Assembly (NCBI GenBank): GCA_965248445.1
Contig: CBDFJG010000003.1
Span: forward strand, 64,001-128,000
Reading direction: 5' to 3'
Source of the DNA: Planctomycetota bacterium
Lineage (GTDB): Bacteria > Planctomycetota > JAJSAM01 > JAJVHW01
Length of the DNA stretch: 64,000 nucleotides
Shown here one piece after another: positions 45,708-60,279 of the stretch. Under the pieces are notes generated by a model, which ran no database searches, had not been told where the DNA came from, and was given only the letters and a program-made list of their open reading frames with translations. The translations under genes were made by a program, and so were the position numbers. Numbering within the stretch: position 1 is the first letter of the stretch; each line of letters starts with the position of its first letter.

Positions 45708-47786
45708 ATGTTGATCTCGATCGAGTGGCTGCGGCGCTACGTGGATCTCGGAGAGACGACTCCCGGCGCGCTTGCCGAGACGCTCACGATGACTGGGTTT
45801 CCGGTTGTCGCCGCGGAGCGATTCCCCGCCGCGCCGGGACGCGCGAGCGAGGACATCCAGCTGGACGTCGAGATCACGTCGAACCGCCCCGACCTGCAGT
45901 CCCACTTGGGAGTCGCGCGGGAGGTCGCGGGGATGTTCCGCGCGCACGCGAGCCGTCCTGAAGTCCCGGACCTGCCGATTTCGCCCTCGCCGCAGGGCTT
46001 CCCGCCGTTCGACGTCGCCGTGGACGCCCCGGACCTCTGCCCGATCTACACGGCCCGGGTGATCCGTGGCGTGCAGGTCGGTCCGTCACCCGATTGGCTC
46101 GTGAGGCTGCTCGAAGCGGTGGGGCAGCGGTCCATCAACAACGTCGTAGATGTCACCAACTTCGTGCTCCTCGAATCCGGGCAGCCACTGCACGCATTCG
46201 ATCTCGCCAAGCTGCAGGGACAGCGCCTGGTGGCGCGTCGCGCCGCGGGCGAGGAGCTCACCTCGATCGACGAGAGCCGGATGACCGTGGGTGCCGACGA
46301 ACTCGTGATCGCGGACGCAGGTGGCCCGGTCGCGCTGGCGGGCGTGATGGGGGGGCTCGACAGCGAGGTCTCCGAGGCCACGACCGACGTGGTGCTCGAG
46401 TGCGCGGTGTTCGATCCGCTGGCTATTCGCCGCGCCTCACGGGCGCACCAGCTCCGCACGGAGTCGTCGTTCCGCTTCGAGCGTTTCGTGGACGCTCAGT
46501 CGGCCGTGTGGGCATCCGATCGTGCGGCCGCGTTGTTCGTCGAGGTCTGCGGCGCCACCGAGGTCGGACCCATCTGCGGCGCTGGGCCGGCGTGGGGGGG
46601 CTCGACCGGGACCTCCACCGGGACCGCCGTCACTCTGCGAACTGCGCGGGTCGAACGAGTCCTCGGGATCCCGGTCTCGGAGAGTGAGATCCGCGAGGTC
46701 CTCTCGGGCCTTGGTCTCGTGGAGAGTGAGCGCGCGGGAGACGAGGATGTCACGACGTGGGACATCCCTTCGTGGCGGCGGCACGACCTGCACGAGGAGA
46801 TCGATCTCGTCGAAGAGGTTGCGCGTCGCATCGGTTTCGACCGTATTCCCGCCACCGTTCGCATTCCGGTCCGGCCGCTGCCGAGTACACCCGTGCAGGA
46901 TGCCGTGCGGCGGTTGCGCGACGCGCTTGCCGCGGCCGGGCTGCGGGAGTGCTGCACCGAGCCGTTCGTCGGTGCCGGAGCCGGCGACATCGCACTGCTC
47001 CGAGCGTCGCCCGCGCTCAAGGTCGAGAACCCGATGCGGCACGACGAGAACCTGCTGCGCCGGTCGCTCCTCGGTCCGTTGCTGCGGGTTGTGCAGCGCA
47101 ACGAACACCGCGGTGTCGCATCCGTCCGCCTGTTCGAGATCGCCCCCGTCTACCTGCGCAAGGACGACGGGGACCCCGAGACGCTGCCGACGGAGGAGAT
47201 GTTGCTGGCGGCGGTGGTCATGAGCGGGGGATACCACAACGTGATGGCGGTGCTCGACGTCATCGCGGATGCGCTCGGCGTGCGCGAGCACCTGGCCGTG
47301 GTGGCGGGCGCTCCGGCGCCGCTCGCGTTGGATCGACGTTCCGCGCTCCGCCTCGGCGGACGGCTGCTCGGGCACGCGGGCGAGATCTCGACGCGCTGCC
47401 GGCGGGACTTCGGCCTCGCCGGCGAGATCGCCGTCCTGGAGGTGCGTGCCGACCTCCTGGCGGAGAAGAGCAGTCCTCTGAGCCAGTACGTGCCGATCTC
47501 CCGGTTCCCGGCGGTCGAACGGGACCTGGCGTTCGTGCTCGAGGAGTCGGTCGCCTGGACCGACCTGGCCAAGGTCGTGTCGCAGGCCGCCGGACCGCTC
47601 CTCGCCGGCGTCGCGCCGTTCGACCGCTATCACGGACCGCAGGTCGGCGACGGCAAGAAGAGTATCGCGCTCCGCATGGAACTGCGGTCGCACGACAAGA
47701 CGCTCACAGGCGACGCTGCGGACGCGGTCGTAGCGGACGTCGTGGCCGCCGTGACCGCGGAACTCGGTGGCGTGCTGCGCGCCTGA
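45708..47786 (+). CDS. pheT: Phenylalanine--tRNA ligase beta subunit (short form without B2)
   Basis: ITSNRPD, INNVVDVTN, GQPLHAFD and DLVEEVAR motifs; FDX-ACB C-terminus. Confidence 0.96.
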   Translation: MLISIEWLRRYVDLGETTPGALAETLTMTGFPVVAAERFPAAPGRASEDIQLDVEITSNRPDLQSHLGVAREVAGMFRAHASRPEVPDLPISPSPQGFPPFDVAVDAPDLCPIYTARVIRGVQVGPSPDWLVRLLEAVGQRSINNVVDVTNFVLLESGQPLHAFDLAKLQGQRLVARRAAGEELTSIDESRMTVGADELVIADAGGPVALAGVMGGLDSEVSEATTDVVLECAVFDPLAIRRASRAHQLRTESSFRFERFVDAQSAVWASDRAAALFVEVCGATEVGPICGAGPAWGGSTGTSTGTAVTLRTARVERVLGIPVSESEIREVLSGLGLVESERAGDEDVTTWDIPSWRRHDLHEEIDLVEEVARRIGFDRIPATVRIPVRPLPSTPVQDAVRRLRDALAAAGLRECCTEPFVGAGAGDIALLRASPALKVENPMRHDENLLRRSLLGPLLRVVQRNEHRGVASVRLFEIAPVYLRKDDGDPETLPTEEMLLAAVVMSGGYHNVMAVLDVIADALGVREHLAVVAGAPAPLALDRRSALRLGGRLLGHAGEISTRCRRDFGLAGEIAVLEVRADLLAEKSSPLSQYVPISRFPAVERDLAFVLEESVAWTDLAKVVSQAAGPLLAGVAPFDRYHGPQVGDGKKSIALRMELRSHDKTLTGDAADAVVADVVAAVTAELGGVLRA

Positions 47787-47829
47787 GCCGCGCGTCTGAG
47801 CACATGCGCCCCCGCGCAGGTGATACACT

Positions 47830-48007
47830 CCCGCCGTTCTGCCATGCTCGATCACGGCCCCGTATCTCCTGAGCCTATAAATACAACTCAGGGCATCGTC
47901 TGGATGGACCGGCCAGCTGCCCCCGTGCAGGGTGGCGGAGTTCAGCCGACCACGCCCACCTGAGCCTCTCGGTTCAGAGAAACCGGCCGACCGGCATTGC
48001 GGCGGAG
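47830..48007 (+). ncRNA. ssrS: 6S RNA
   Basis: Terminal pairing ccgccg..tgcc / ggca..cggcgg; CCTGAGCC followed by an A-rich bubble; cacctgagcctctcggttca resembles the 6S 3' central hairpin; lies after pheT. Confidence 0.8.
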
Positions 48008-48220
48008 CGTTCACGACGGGCGTGCGTCCGAGAGGGCGCGCGCCCGCTCGATTCCCGCCGGCTCGATTCCCGCGCAGTGCCGACGCCCGTGTGTCAGCGG
48101 TACACGGACTCTGCGGTTCCCTGCTGTGCGATTCCTTCCGCGCCAGGGGGTGACGAAAACCACGAGATGTCGTACGATTTGCGCCTTGCACCACGAGGGG
48201 TGGTGTCGCGCGAGGTGAGC

Positions 48221-49300
48221 ATGCGGGGAATCTTCGCTGTCGTTCTCGCCGCCGGCGTCGGTGCCGCGGCGTTCGTGCTGGCAAATCGCAACGAGGATCC
48301 GGCTCGCACGGACGACGACGCTGCGGCGAGGCTGCGCGCGGCGGATCCCCCCACGGGCACCGCGCCGCCAGCCCGGATTGCGAATGCCGGCGGGCGTGCG
48401 GACGATCAACGCGTGGCCGGCCTCGTTGCCCGATGCCGGGCACTGGTCACCGCAGGCGATCTCCACGGCGCAGCGCGTGTCGTGGCGGAGTCTCCGAGCA
48501 GCGTGAGCGACACGCGGGTACGGCGGATCGCGCTTGGACTCGCCGAGCGCCTCGCCAAGGATGCCGACACGAACGCCGCCGCCGGTTCCGAGAAGGGGTC
48601 CACGCCCAATCGACTCGCCGCGCGCCATCTCGCAGGCCTCGTGTTCGCCAGCGAGTCGGCGACCGCCGCGGAGCGCGATCGCGCATACGAGCTCTCTCGC
48701 GCGCTGCACCGGGTGCTCCTGTACGGGCACTCGGCCCCGGAGGACGTCGTCCTGCGGCACCGCGTCAAGTCCGGCGAACTCGTCTGGAACCTGTCCAAGG
48801 GCGCCTGGCGCCGGGCCGGCATCACCGTCGCTCCGGGTTTCGTGCTCCACGTCAACGGGATATCCGATGCCCGTAGGGTCCGCGCCGGCAAGACCCTGCG
48901 CGTTCCGCGTGAAGAACTGACCCTGCTCGTCCGGAAGTCGAGTTTCGAGCTGACTGTGCTCCTGGGCGGCGCCCCCGTCGAGCGATTCAGGATCGGGATC
49001 GGTGCCAGCGGCAGCAGCACACCGGCGGGACGCGTGACTGTCCAGACCAAGCTGAAGAACCCCGACTGGTACTTCGACGGCCGCCGGATCCCGTTCGACG
49101 ACCCCGAGAACCTGATCGGGACCCGCTGGATGGGCTTCGAGGGCGACGCGCAGGCCGAGGGCATCGGCATCCACGGCACGTCCGACGAGTCCACGATTGG
49201 CAAGGCGCTCTCGGCAGGCTGCATCCGCATGCACCGGGCAGACGTCGAGCGCATGTTCGAGTGGGTGGCGTTGGGCACCCGCGTCGACGTCCGCGACTGA
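48221..49300 (+). CDS. L,D-transpeptidase (YkuD) with LysM-like domain
   Basis: GIHGT..SAGCIRM catalytic motif; HRVKSGE..LRVP LysM-like segment; N-terminal TM. Confidence 0.9.
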   Translation: MRGIFAVVLAAGVGAAAFVLANRNEDPARTDDDAAARLRAADPPTGTAPPARIANAGGRADDQRVAGLVARCRALVTAGDLHGAARVVAESPSSVSDTRVRRIALGLAERLAKDADTNAAAGSEKGSTPNRLAARHLAGLVFASESATAAERDRAYELSRALHRVLLYGHSAPEDVVLRHRVKSGELVWNLSKGAWRRAGITVAPGFVLHVNGISDARRVRAGKTLRVPREELTLLVRKSSFELTVLLGGAPVERFRIGIGASGSSTPAGRVTVQTKLKNPDWYFDGRRIPFDDPENLIGTRWMGFEGDAQAEGIGIHGTSDESTIGKALSAGCIRMHRADVERMFEWVALGTRVDVRD

Positions 49301-49402
49301 GCGCCCCGTCCGCCAACGCTCCCCCGGGCGCCAACGCTCGCCGCTCGCCACCCTCCCCGGGCGACAGCTCTGCATCAATCGGGGCGGGGCCGTCAGGGCC
49401 CG

Positions 49403-50077
49403 TCAGGCGGGCGCGGACCAGGTTCGTGGGGCGCCGATCGAGACGACCTCGATCCGGCCCGTGTGCTCCGCAGCGCCCGGCGCCGCGAATCCGACCTTCG
49501 GCGCCACGAACGTCGCCGTGACCGTTGCCCGCACGCACGCTCCGAGTGGCTCGCCGGTGTCGCAATCCAGGCCGGACGGGACATCCAGCGCCAGCACGTC
49601 GCTCCCGCTGCCGTTGATCGTCTGGACGATCCCGGCCGCAAGGCCGTCGAGCGGGCGATCCAGACCCGTGCCGAACAGCCCGTCGACCAGGAGGTCCGCG
49701 GCTCCCGCCGCCGCGGCCACACGCTCTTGTGCGGCCGCTTCCCGCAGGTCGAGCACAGGAAAGCCCATGGCCCGAACGATCGTGAGCTGCACACCCGCAT
49801 CTTCGCGCGGATCCGTCCCGTCACGAGGCCCCAGGAGTGCGATCCGGATGCTGTAGTCGGCCAGTGCCAGGTGCCGCGCTACGACAAGCGCGTCCCCGCC
49901 GTTCTGACCGGGCCCGGCCACGACGAACACATCTCCCGCGCGGCCGTCGAGCATCGCGACGGCGACCCGCGCGGCGCCGGCTCCAGCGTTCTCCATCAGG
50001 CAGATCGAGGGGATGCGGTACCGCTCCGTCGCCGTCCGATCGACGGCCCGAGAGTCTTCTCGCGAGATCGGTCCCAT
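49403..50077 (-). CDS. nnrE: NAD(P)H-hydrate epimerase (YjeF_N only)
   Basis: LMENAG, GPGQNGGD, DGLFGTG and DVPSG motifs. Confidence 0.93.
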   Translation of the reverse strand: MGPISREDSRAVDRTATERYRIPSICLMENAGAGAARVAVAMLDGRAGDVFVVAGPGQNGGDALVVARHLALADYSIRIALLGPRDGTDPREDAGVQLTIVRAMGFPVLDLREAAAQERVAAAAGAADLLVDGLFGTGLDRPLDGLAAGIVQTINGSGSDVLALDVPSGLDCDTGEPLGACVRATVTATFVAPKVGFAAPGAAEHTGRIEVVSIGAPRTWSAPA

Positions 50078-50594
50078 TCCACTTCCTCCGGGCCGGACCG
50101 AACCTACACTCTGCCGCTCGCATGAGGGAGCCGCGGCCAACGCCGGGACGTCCTCGAGCCTCTTCTCGCCGGTTCCGACTGCCCGGACACTTCCAGCCTG
50201 GAAATTGCGAATTTCCTGACAGGAGGGTCCGAAAAGTTGGAGCCCGGCAAGCCCAGAGGTAAATTGCGGCGCTGCGCTTCTCACGGGACCCAGAGTCCCC
50301 GTGACTCAGCCCTTCTGCTCACGCGGATGGCGCTGTGACCGAGGAGAGCAACGGCCGGCGGGGTTGACCCCGCCGGCCGCACTTTGAAAACAGGAGCCTG
50401 TGAAAAGTACGTGAGCTCGCGGAGTGCCCTCCGAAGCTCGGCCTTCTCCTTTTGGATGGGTCCGAGTGGAGGGGGAAACAATGCGAAATGAGTACGGCCG
50501 GCCCGACGGGGAAACCCGAACGGACGGTCGGCGACCCATATAAATTGTGATTGGTTCATCCGCTTACGCGGACGAACCGTCAACAGGAAAAACT

Positions 50595-52154
<1,560 letters not shown>

Positions 52155-52780
52155 CTGGGGATATCCAGAACGGCGCCTCGAAGGCTTCGGCCGGAGAGGT
52201 GACGATGATCGGACCTTCGCGTAGCAAGCGTGCCTCACAGGCTCCTACTCAGACCGCGTCCGAGCGGGTCGGTCTCCCCCGGGGTTCTTTTCCCGGGGAG
52301 TCGCCGGCCCGCTCGGCACGCATCGGTCGCGCGCGCGCGAGAGCGCTCGCTGGACCGATGCGGCGCGCATCGTCACTCTTCTGGGGGTCACCCTCCGGCT
52401 GAACGATGCCGCGGCCGCCACCTGCCCGTCCCTCGAGGACGCGCCCGTCGTGCGAACACGGGTGAGCTCAAGGGCAGGGCCATCCTTGAAAACCGAATAG
52501 TGGCAACAATCAAGTGCTTCTCGGCACGTTGGGCCCGAATTTCTGGCTCATCCCGTTAAACGGATGACGTCTGTTATCCCAATTCCGTCCGCAACAGCGG
52601 ACGGCGGCCCGCGTGCCATTCGAAAGAAAGAATGCCGAGAGCGTTAAAAGGCTCGCACCTCGTGGCGACCATCATCTATCCGACTCTGAAACGAATGGAC
52701 TCATCCGCTTGCGGGTGAGCCACCGTGAGGCTGGGAATCCGGGCAACCGGCGACTCGGCCTCGGACGGGAACGAAATGGT

Positions 52781-55790
<3,010 letters not shown>

Positions 55791-55957
55791 CGCGTTCCTC
55801 GCTCCATCCGCCTCGAGAGTTCTTCTCGGGCGGCGGACGAAGACGCGGAGAGGTCGTCACGAAGAGAACGACCTTTTATAACTCTCGGCGAGATTGCACT
55901 TGTGCGGCTCCAACTTTGGAGTCGCGCGTTGCCACTGTTCAGGACATCTACAAAGAT

Positions 55958-56072
55958 TCCTGGTGGTCATAGCGGTTGGGACACACCCGTTCCCATTCCG
56001 AACACGGCCGTTAAGCCGACCGCGCCGATGGTACTGTGGTGGATTCCACGGGAGAGTAGGTCGCCGCCAGGA
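55958..56072 (+). rRNA. rrf: 5S rRNA
   Basis: TCCTGGTGG...CCCATTCCGAACAC...GAGAGTAGG...GCCAGGA. Confidence 0.97.
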
Positions 56073-56079
56073 TCCGATC

Positions 56080-56112
56080 ACAGCCCCGCTTCGTGAGAAG
56101 CGGGGCTGTTTC
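56080..56112 (+). terminator. Intrinsic terminator after 5S
   Basis: acagccccgcttc-gtga-gaagcggggctgt followed by ttc. Confidence 0.8.
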
Positions 56113-56353
56113 AACTTGGCTCGTCCGCTGACGCGCACGACGCCTTGGTGGCGAGCGGCATTGACTCTGGGTCGTCGTCGGATGACGACGACGCGGTTCG
56201 TGCGTTGGTACGGGCGGTTGCCGCAGGTGCCTGTGTCGGCCGGCGGGGCCGGGCCGGCGTGTCGGGTGCGGCGCGGGGGCGCCAGCGGTGCTCCCGCACC
56301 GAGGGTTTTCCTGGGTGGGTGCCAGGCACCTTCCTAGCCTGCTCGGCCCGTGT

Positions 56354-56430
56354 GGGCGGCTAGCTCAGTTGGTTAGAGCGCGCGCCTGATAAGCGCGAGG
56401 TCGGTGGTTCGAATCCACTGTCGCCCACCA
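56354..56430 (+). tRNA. tRNA-Ile(GAT)
   Basis: Cloverleaf, anticodon loop CTGATAA, encoded CCA. Confidence 0.97.
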
Positions 56431-56559
56431 CCAGCACTCCTGGCTTCGCAGTGGGCGAGCCGGTGCACGGCGTCCCCCGGACATCGCGGGGCGCGGATCC
56501 GCAGGACACCGGTCGTGCCCCTCGGGCGCTCACGGAGCCACGAGGGGACAGAACGGACA

Positions 56560-56632
56560 GGGGGCGTAGCTCAGTTGGTAGAGCGGCGGCTTTGCAAGTC
56601 GTAGGTCGCCGGTTCGAATCCGGCCGTCTCCA
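56560..56632 (+). tRNA. tRNA-Ala(TGC)
   Basis: Cloverleaf, loop TTTGCAA, G3:U70 pair. Confidence 0.97.
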
Positions 56633-56680
56633 CCGTGCGCCTCTCTCAGGCGCTGGCGGTGGCGGGCGGTGGCGTCGCGG

Positions 56681-56800
56681 GGTCGGCACGCCATCGGGCA
56701 GGACCGCCGTCGTGACCGCACGACAGCGCCGGCACCGCGCCTTGTGCAGCCGGTGCTCCCGCACCGTGACGAGCACGCGCGGGAGCACCGTCACCTGGTG
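56681..56800 (-). repeat. 120-bp internal fragment of IS66-A transposase, inverted relative to copy 3
   Basis: Identical to 5481-5600; reverse complement of 57260-57379. Confidence 0.95.
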
Positions 56801-56832
56801 GGGTCCCGCGGGAGGCGCACCCCGATGACAAC

Positions 56833-58332
56833 GTAACCGTTCACCCCTTCGTCGCGAGCCAGGATCCAGATCGTTCGGCCATCGGTCGATCAAGATGTTG
56901 TGGGCGAGCGGCAGGACGAGGATCTGCGGGCGATGGTCGAGGGCCTTCTGGCCTGGATCGAGGAGTTGGAGCGTCGCGAAGCGAAGCATCTGCGCCGCAT
57001 CGACGAGCTCGAGTCGCGTCTGAAGCGTGACTCCCGCAACAGCTCGAGGCCTCCGTCGTCGGACCCGGCGTGGTCCAAGCGCCGTCGCGGCCGAAGGCCG
57101 CGTAGCGGTCGCCAGCAGGGCGGACAGCCGGGCCATGAGGGCACGGCGCGCGAGCTGGTGGATCCGTCCAACGTCGATGAGACCAAGGACCACCGTCCCG
57201 ACCTCTGCGACGCGTGCGGACACGACGATCTCGAGCAGGGCATCGGCGATCCGTACCGGCACCAGGTGACGGTGCTCCCGCGCGTGCTCGTCACGGTGCG
57301 GGAGCACCGGCTGCACAAGGCGCGGTGCCGGCGCTGTCGTGCGGTCACGACGGCGGTCCTGCCCGATGGCGTGCCGACCGGGGCCTTCGGTCCGCGGCTG
57401 ACCACACTTGCCGGCGCGCTGCGCGGCGTGTACCGCGTGAGCGTGCGGGAGACGCAGCGGCTGCTCGGTGAGATCTTCGGTGTGAAGATGTCGCTGGGCA
57501 AGATCAGCGACTGTGAGCGTCGGCTCAGTGACGCTCTGCACTCGTCGTACCTCGAAGCCCTCGGGGCAGTCCGCACGTCGCTGCGAGCCAACGTGGACGA
57601 GACGTCGTGGAAGGAACGGGGCCGGGTGTGCTGGCTGTGGGCGGCGGAGAGCGAGCACGCCACAGCCTTCGGGATCGATCGCCGCCGCAGTGCCAAGGCG
57701 AAAGGGCGGCTGATCGGGCGGCGCTTCGGTGGCACGGTGATCAGCGACCGGATGGGTGCCTACGAGTCACACCCACTTGCCCGCCGCCAGCTCTGCTGGG
57801 CGCACATCGAGCGCGCCTTCCGTGCGCTGGCCGAAGGCCCGCGAGGACATCGCCGCTTCGGCAACAAGGGCGTCATGATCGCGCAGTCGGTCATGCGCAG
57901 CTACCGGCTCTTCGGTGAGCACGGCGACCGTGACCGGCTGCAAGGCGAAGCCGCTGTGCTGCGCGGACGGCTCGAGCGACTGATCGCGAACGACGACTCG
58001 GCTCTGGCCAACCATCTGCGCCCCCGCGTGGTCGCCCTCTTCACCTATGCGCGGACCCAGGACGTGAGTCCGACGAACAACGCCGCCGAGCGCGCGGTCC
58101 GCAAAGCGGTGCTCTGGCGCAAGGGCTCCTTCGGAAGCCAGTCCGCTCGCGGACTCCGCTTCGCCGAGCGCGTGTTGACCGCCGCGGCCACGCTGCGACG
58201 CCGTGGCGACCAAGTCTTCGACTTCCTCGCCGACTCGGTCGCCGCGCACCTCACCGGCGCCGACCCGCCCGTCATGGTCCCGCTGCCCGTCGCACGCTGA
58301 GGCTCACACGCTGTCAAGGGGTGAACGGTTAC
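56833..58332 (+). mobile_element. IS66 element A, copy 3
   Basis: 1500 bp, same TIRs; flanks atgacaac / ttcagccc do not match. Confidence 0.95.
56900..58300 (+). CDS. IS66 transposase (TnpC)
   Basis: Near-identical to copies 1 and 2. Confidence 0.95.
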   Translation: MGERQDEDLRAMVEGLLAWIEELERREAKHLRRIDELESRLKRDSRNSSRPPSSDPAWSKRRRGRRPRSGRQQGGQPGHEGTARELVDPSNVDETKDHRPDLCDACGHDDLEQGIGDPYRHQVTVLPRVLVTVREHRLHKARCRRCRAVTTAVLPDGVPTGAFGPRLTTLAGALRGVYRVSVRETQRLLGEIFGVKMSLGKISDCERRLSDALHSSYLEALGAVRTSLRANVDETSWKERGRVCWLWAAESEHATAFGIDRRRSAKAKGRLIGRRFGGTVISDRMGAYESHPLARRQLCWAHIERAFRALAEGPRGHRRFGNKGVMIAQSVMRSYRLFGEHGDRDRLQGEAAVLRGRLERLIANDDSALANHLRPRVVALFTYARTQDVSPTNNAAERAVRKAVLWRKGSFGSQSARGLRFAERVLTAAATLRRRGDQVFDFLADSVAAHLTGADPPVMVPLPVAR

Positions 58333-59860
58333 TTCAGCCCTTGATCTGACCGAGGATCCAGATTGTTCCGACGCGGGTCGATGAAGAGTGTGTGGGCACC
58401 GACGAGTTGCGCGAGCTGGTCGAGCGGATGTCGCGTCGGCTGAACGACGCGGAGGAGACGATCGCGTCGCAAGCGGAGGTGATCGAGCGTCAGGCAGCCC
58501 GCATCGACGAGCTCGAGAGCCGATTGCGACGCGACTCCCGCACATCGTCGCGGCCGCCCTCGTCGGACCCGTCGTGGTCCAAGAGGCGGCGGCGGCGCAA
58601 GCCGCCGTCTGACAAGAAGCAGGGTGCGCAGTCGGGTCACGAGGGCACGACGCGCCAGCTCGTGGACGAGTCCGAGGTCGATGATGTCCAGGACCACCGT
58701 CCGCAGGAGTGCAGCTCCTGCGGTAGCGGCGCACTCATTGCGGTCGATCGTGCCCCCACGCGGCAGCAGGTCTTCGCGCTACCGCCGCGACTGGTCCACG
58801 TGACCGAGCACCGGCTGCACCGCGCTCGCTGCACAGGGTGTGGGATGACGTCCACGGGGCGTCTGCCCGATGGCGTCACCGCCAGTCCCTTCGGTCCACG
58901 GCTCACCGCACTGACTGCCTCGCTGGTCGGAGTCTTCCGGCTGTCGCGGCGGGAGACGAGCCGCCTGCTGCGCGACGTGATCGGCGTGTCGATGTCGCCC
59001 GGCACCGTGAGCGCCATCGAGGAGCGGGTGTCGGGTGCGCTGTCCTCCGCGCACCTCGAGGCACTGGGTGCCGTGCGCACGAGCCGGGTCGCTCACGTGG
59101 ACGAAACACCGTGGCCTCGTCGCGGCGTCCTGCACTGGCTGTGGAGCGCGGTCAGCGAGCACGCAGTGGTCCACCGGATCGATCGTCGTCGCAGCGCCAA
59201 GGCCATGCGACGACTCATCGGTCGCCGTTACCGCGGCGTCCTGGTCACCGACCGCATGGGCGCCTACGACCGGCACCCGACCGAGCGTCGCCAGATCTGC
59301 TGGGCGCACCTTGAGCGCGACTTTCGCTCGCTTGCGGAGGGACGATCTGGCGAGCGTCGCTTCGGCAAGAGCGCGGTCTCGCTCGCCCAGGCCGTCATGC
59401 GAGCGCATCGCCGCTTGGGTGAGCACGGGGACCGCGCAAGGATGCAGCGAGAGCTGCGCCCGACGTGGTCGCGACTGATCGACTTGCTCGTACGCGGGGC
59501 GGACAGCAAGCAGCGTCGAGTCCGCGGGATCAGTCGTCATCTGCTCGCAAGAGCCGAGGCACTTTGGTCCTTCGCCGACGTGCCGGGTGTCTCCCCGACC
59601 AACAACATCGCCGAGCGCGCCGTGCGCAAACCAGTGCTGTGGCGCCGCGGCACCCACGGCAGCCAGAGCGAGCGGGGCCTGCGCTTCGTCGAGCGCATCT
59701 TGACCGTCACCGCCACCTGCCGGCAGCGCGGCGACAACGTCTTCGACTACCTCGTCGCCGCCACCAGCGCCGCCGGGCTCGGGCAACCGCCGCCGACTCT
59801 CGTCGCGCTGCCGATCAGTCGCTGAGCACGGGGCTGCTCACTCATGACCTGAACAGGTAC
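58333..59860 (+). mobile_element. IS66 element B (related but distinct), left TIR missing about 7 nt
   Basis: Left end aligns to element A from its nt 8; right end ...cctgaacaggtac. Confidence 0.88.
58392..59825 (+). CDS. IS66 transposase (TnpC), element B
   Basis: [19 protein letters not shown] and TNNIAER motifs. Confidence 0.95.
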   Translation: MGTDELRELVERMSRRLNDAEETIASQAEVIERQAARIDELESRLRRDSRTSSRPPSSDPSWSKRRRRRKPPSDKKQGAQSGHEGTTRQLVDESEVDDVQDHRPQECSSCGSGALIAVDRAPTRQQVFALPPRLVHVTEHRLHRARCTGCGMTSTGRLPDGVTASPFGPRLTALTASLVGVFRLSRRETSRLLRDVIGVSMSPGTVSAIEERVSGALSSAHLEALGAVRTSRVAHVDETPWPRRGVLHWLWSAVSEHAVVHRIDRRRSAKAMRRLIGRRYRGVLVTDRMGAYDRHPTERRQICWAHLERDFRSLAEGRSGERRFGKSAVSLAQAVMRAHRRLGEHGDRARMQRELRPTWSRLIDLLVRGADSKQRRVRGISRHLLARAEALWSFADVPGVSPTNNIAERAVRKPVLWRRGTHGSQSERGLRFVERILTVTATCRQRGDNVFDYLVAATSAAGLGQPPPTLVALPISR

Positions 59861-60021
59861 AACGGGCTCACGCCGATGTGGCTGGCAGCCTCTCTCTGGA
59901 GCTCTCCTCGATCCAGTCGGCACTTGCGAATGTGCTCTCCCAGGGTCGTGGGCGTGGCTGGGTAGCCCTGCGGGGCTGGCATGTGTGTCGTGAGCGATAC
60001 ATGACAAATAGGCCACGCAAC
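59861..60021 (-). pseudogene. XRE-type HTH gene fragment truncated by IS66-B
   Basis: YPATPTTLGEHIRKCRLDRGELQREAASHIGVS stops at the IS end. Confidence 0.6.
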
Positions 60022-60279
60022 CCTGGAGCCATGGTGGGGCGATGAACTGCAAGTGTGCGGGAACCAAGCCCTCGTCGCGCTCCGCTGGCGCGCGGATGCT
60101 AACGCAGAGCCGCGTGTGGGCGCCGAGGAACGGCACCGCGCGGATGCAACCCAAGAGAAAACGTGGGAATGCGCGTCCGGTTCGCGCGCCGTCCGCAATG
60201 AACATCGTGTTGAGAGCCGTCTCGATCGCCGTGTCCGAGAACCACGGCGCGCCGCGAGGGACAGAAGAGGAGGAAGACG

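Noticed and set aside
45708..47786. PheT lacking the B2 OB-fold
   Set aside because: Short PheT forms are known in several phyla, and the gene is otherwise intact.
40666..48443. Very long antisense ORFs (757 and 668 aa) and similar ones elsewhere
   Set aside because: They mirror real genes with high GC3 and show no protein motifs.
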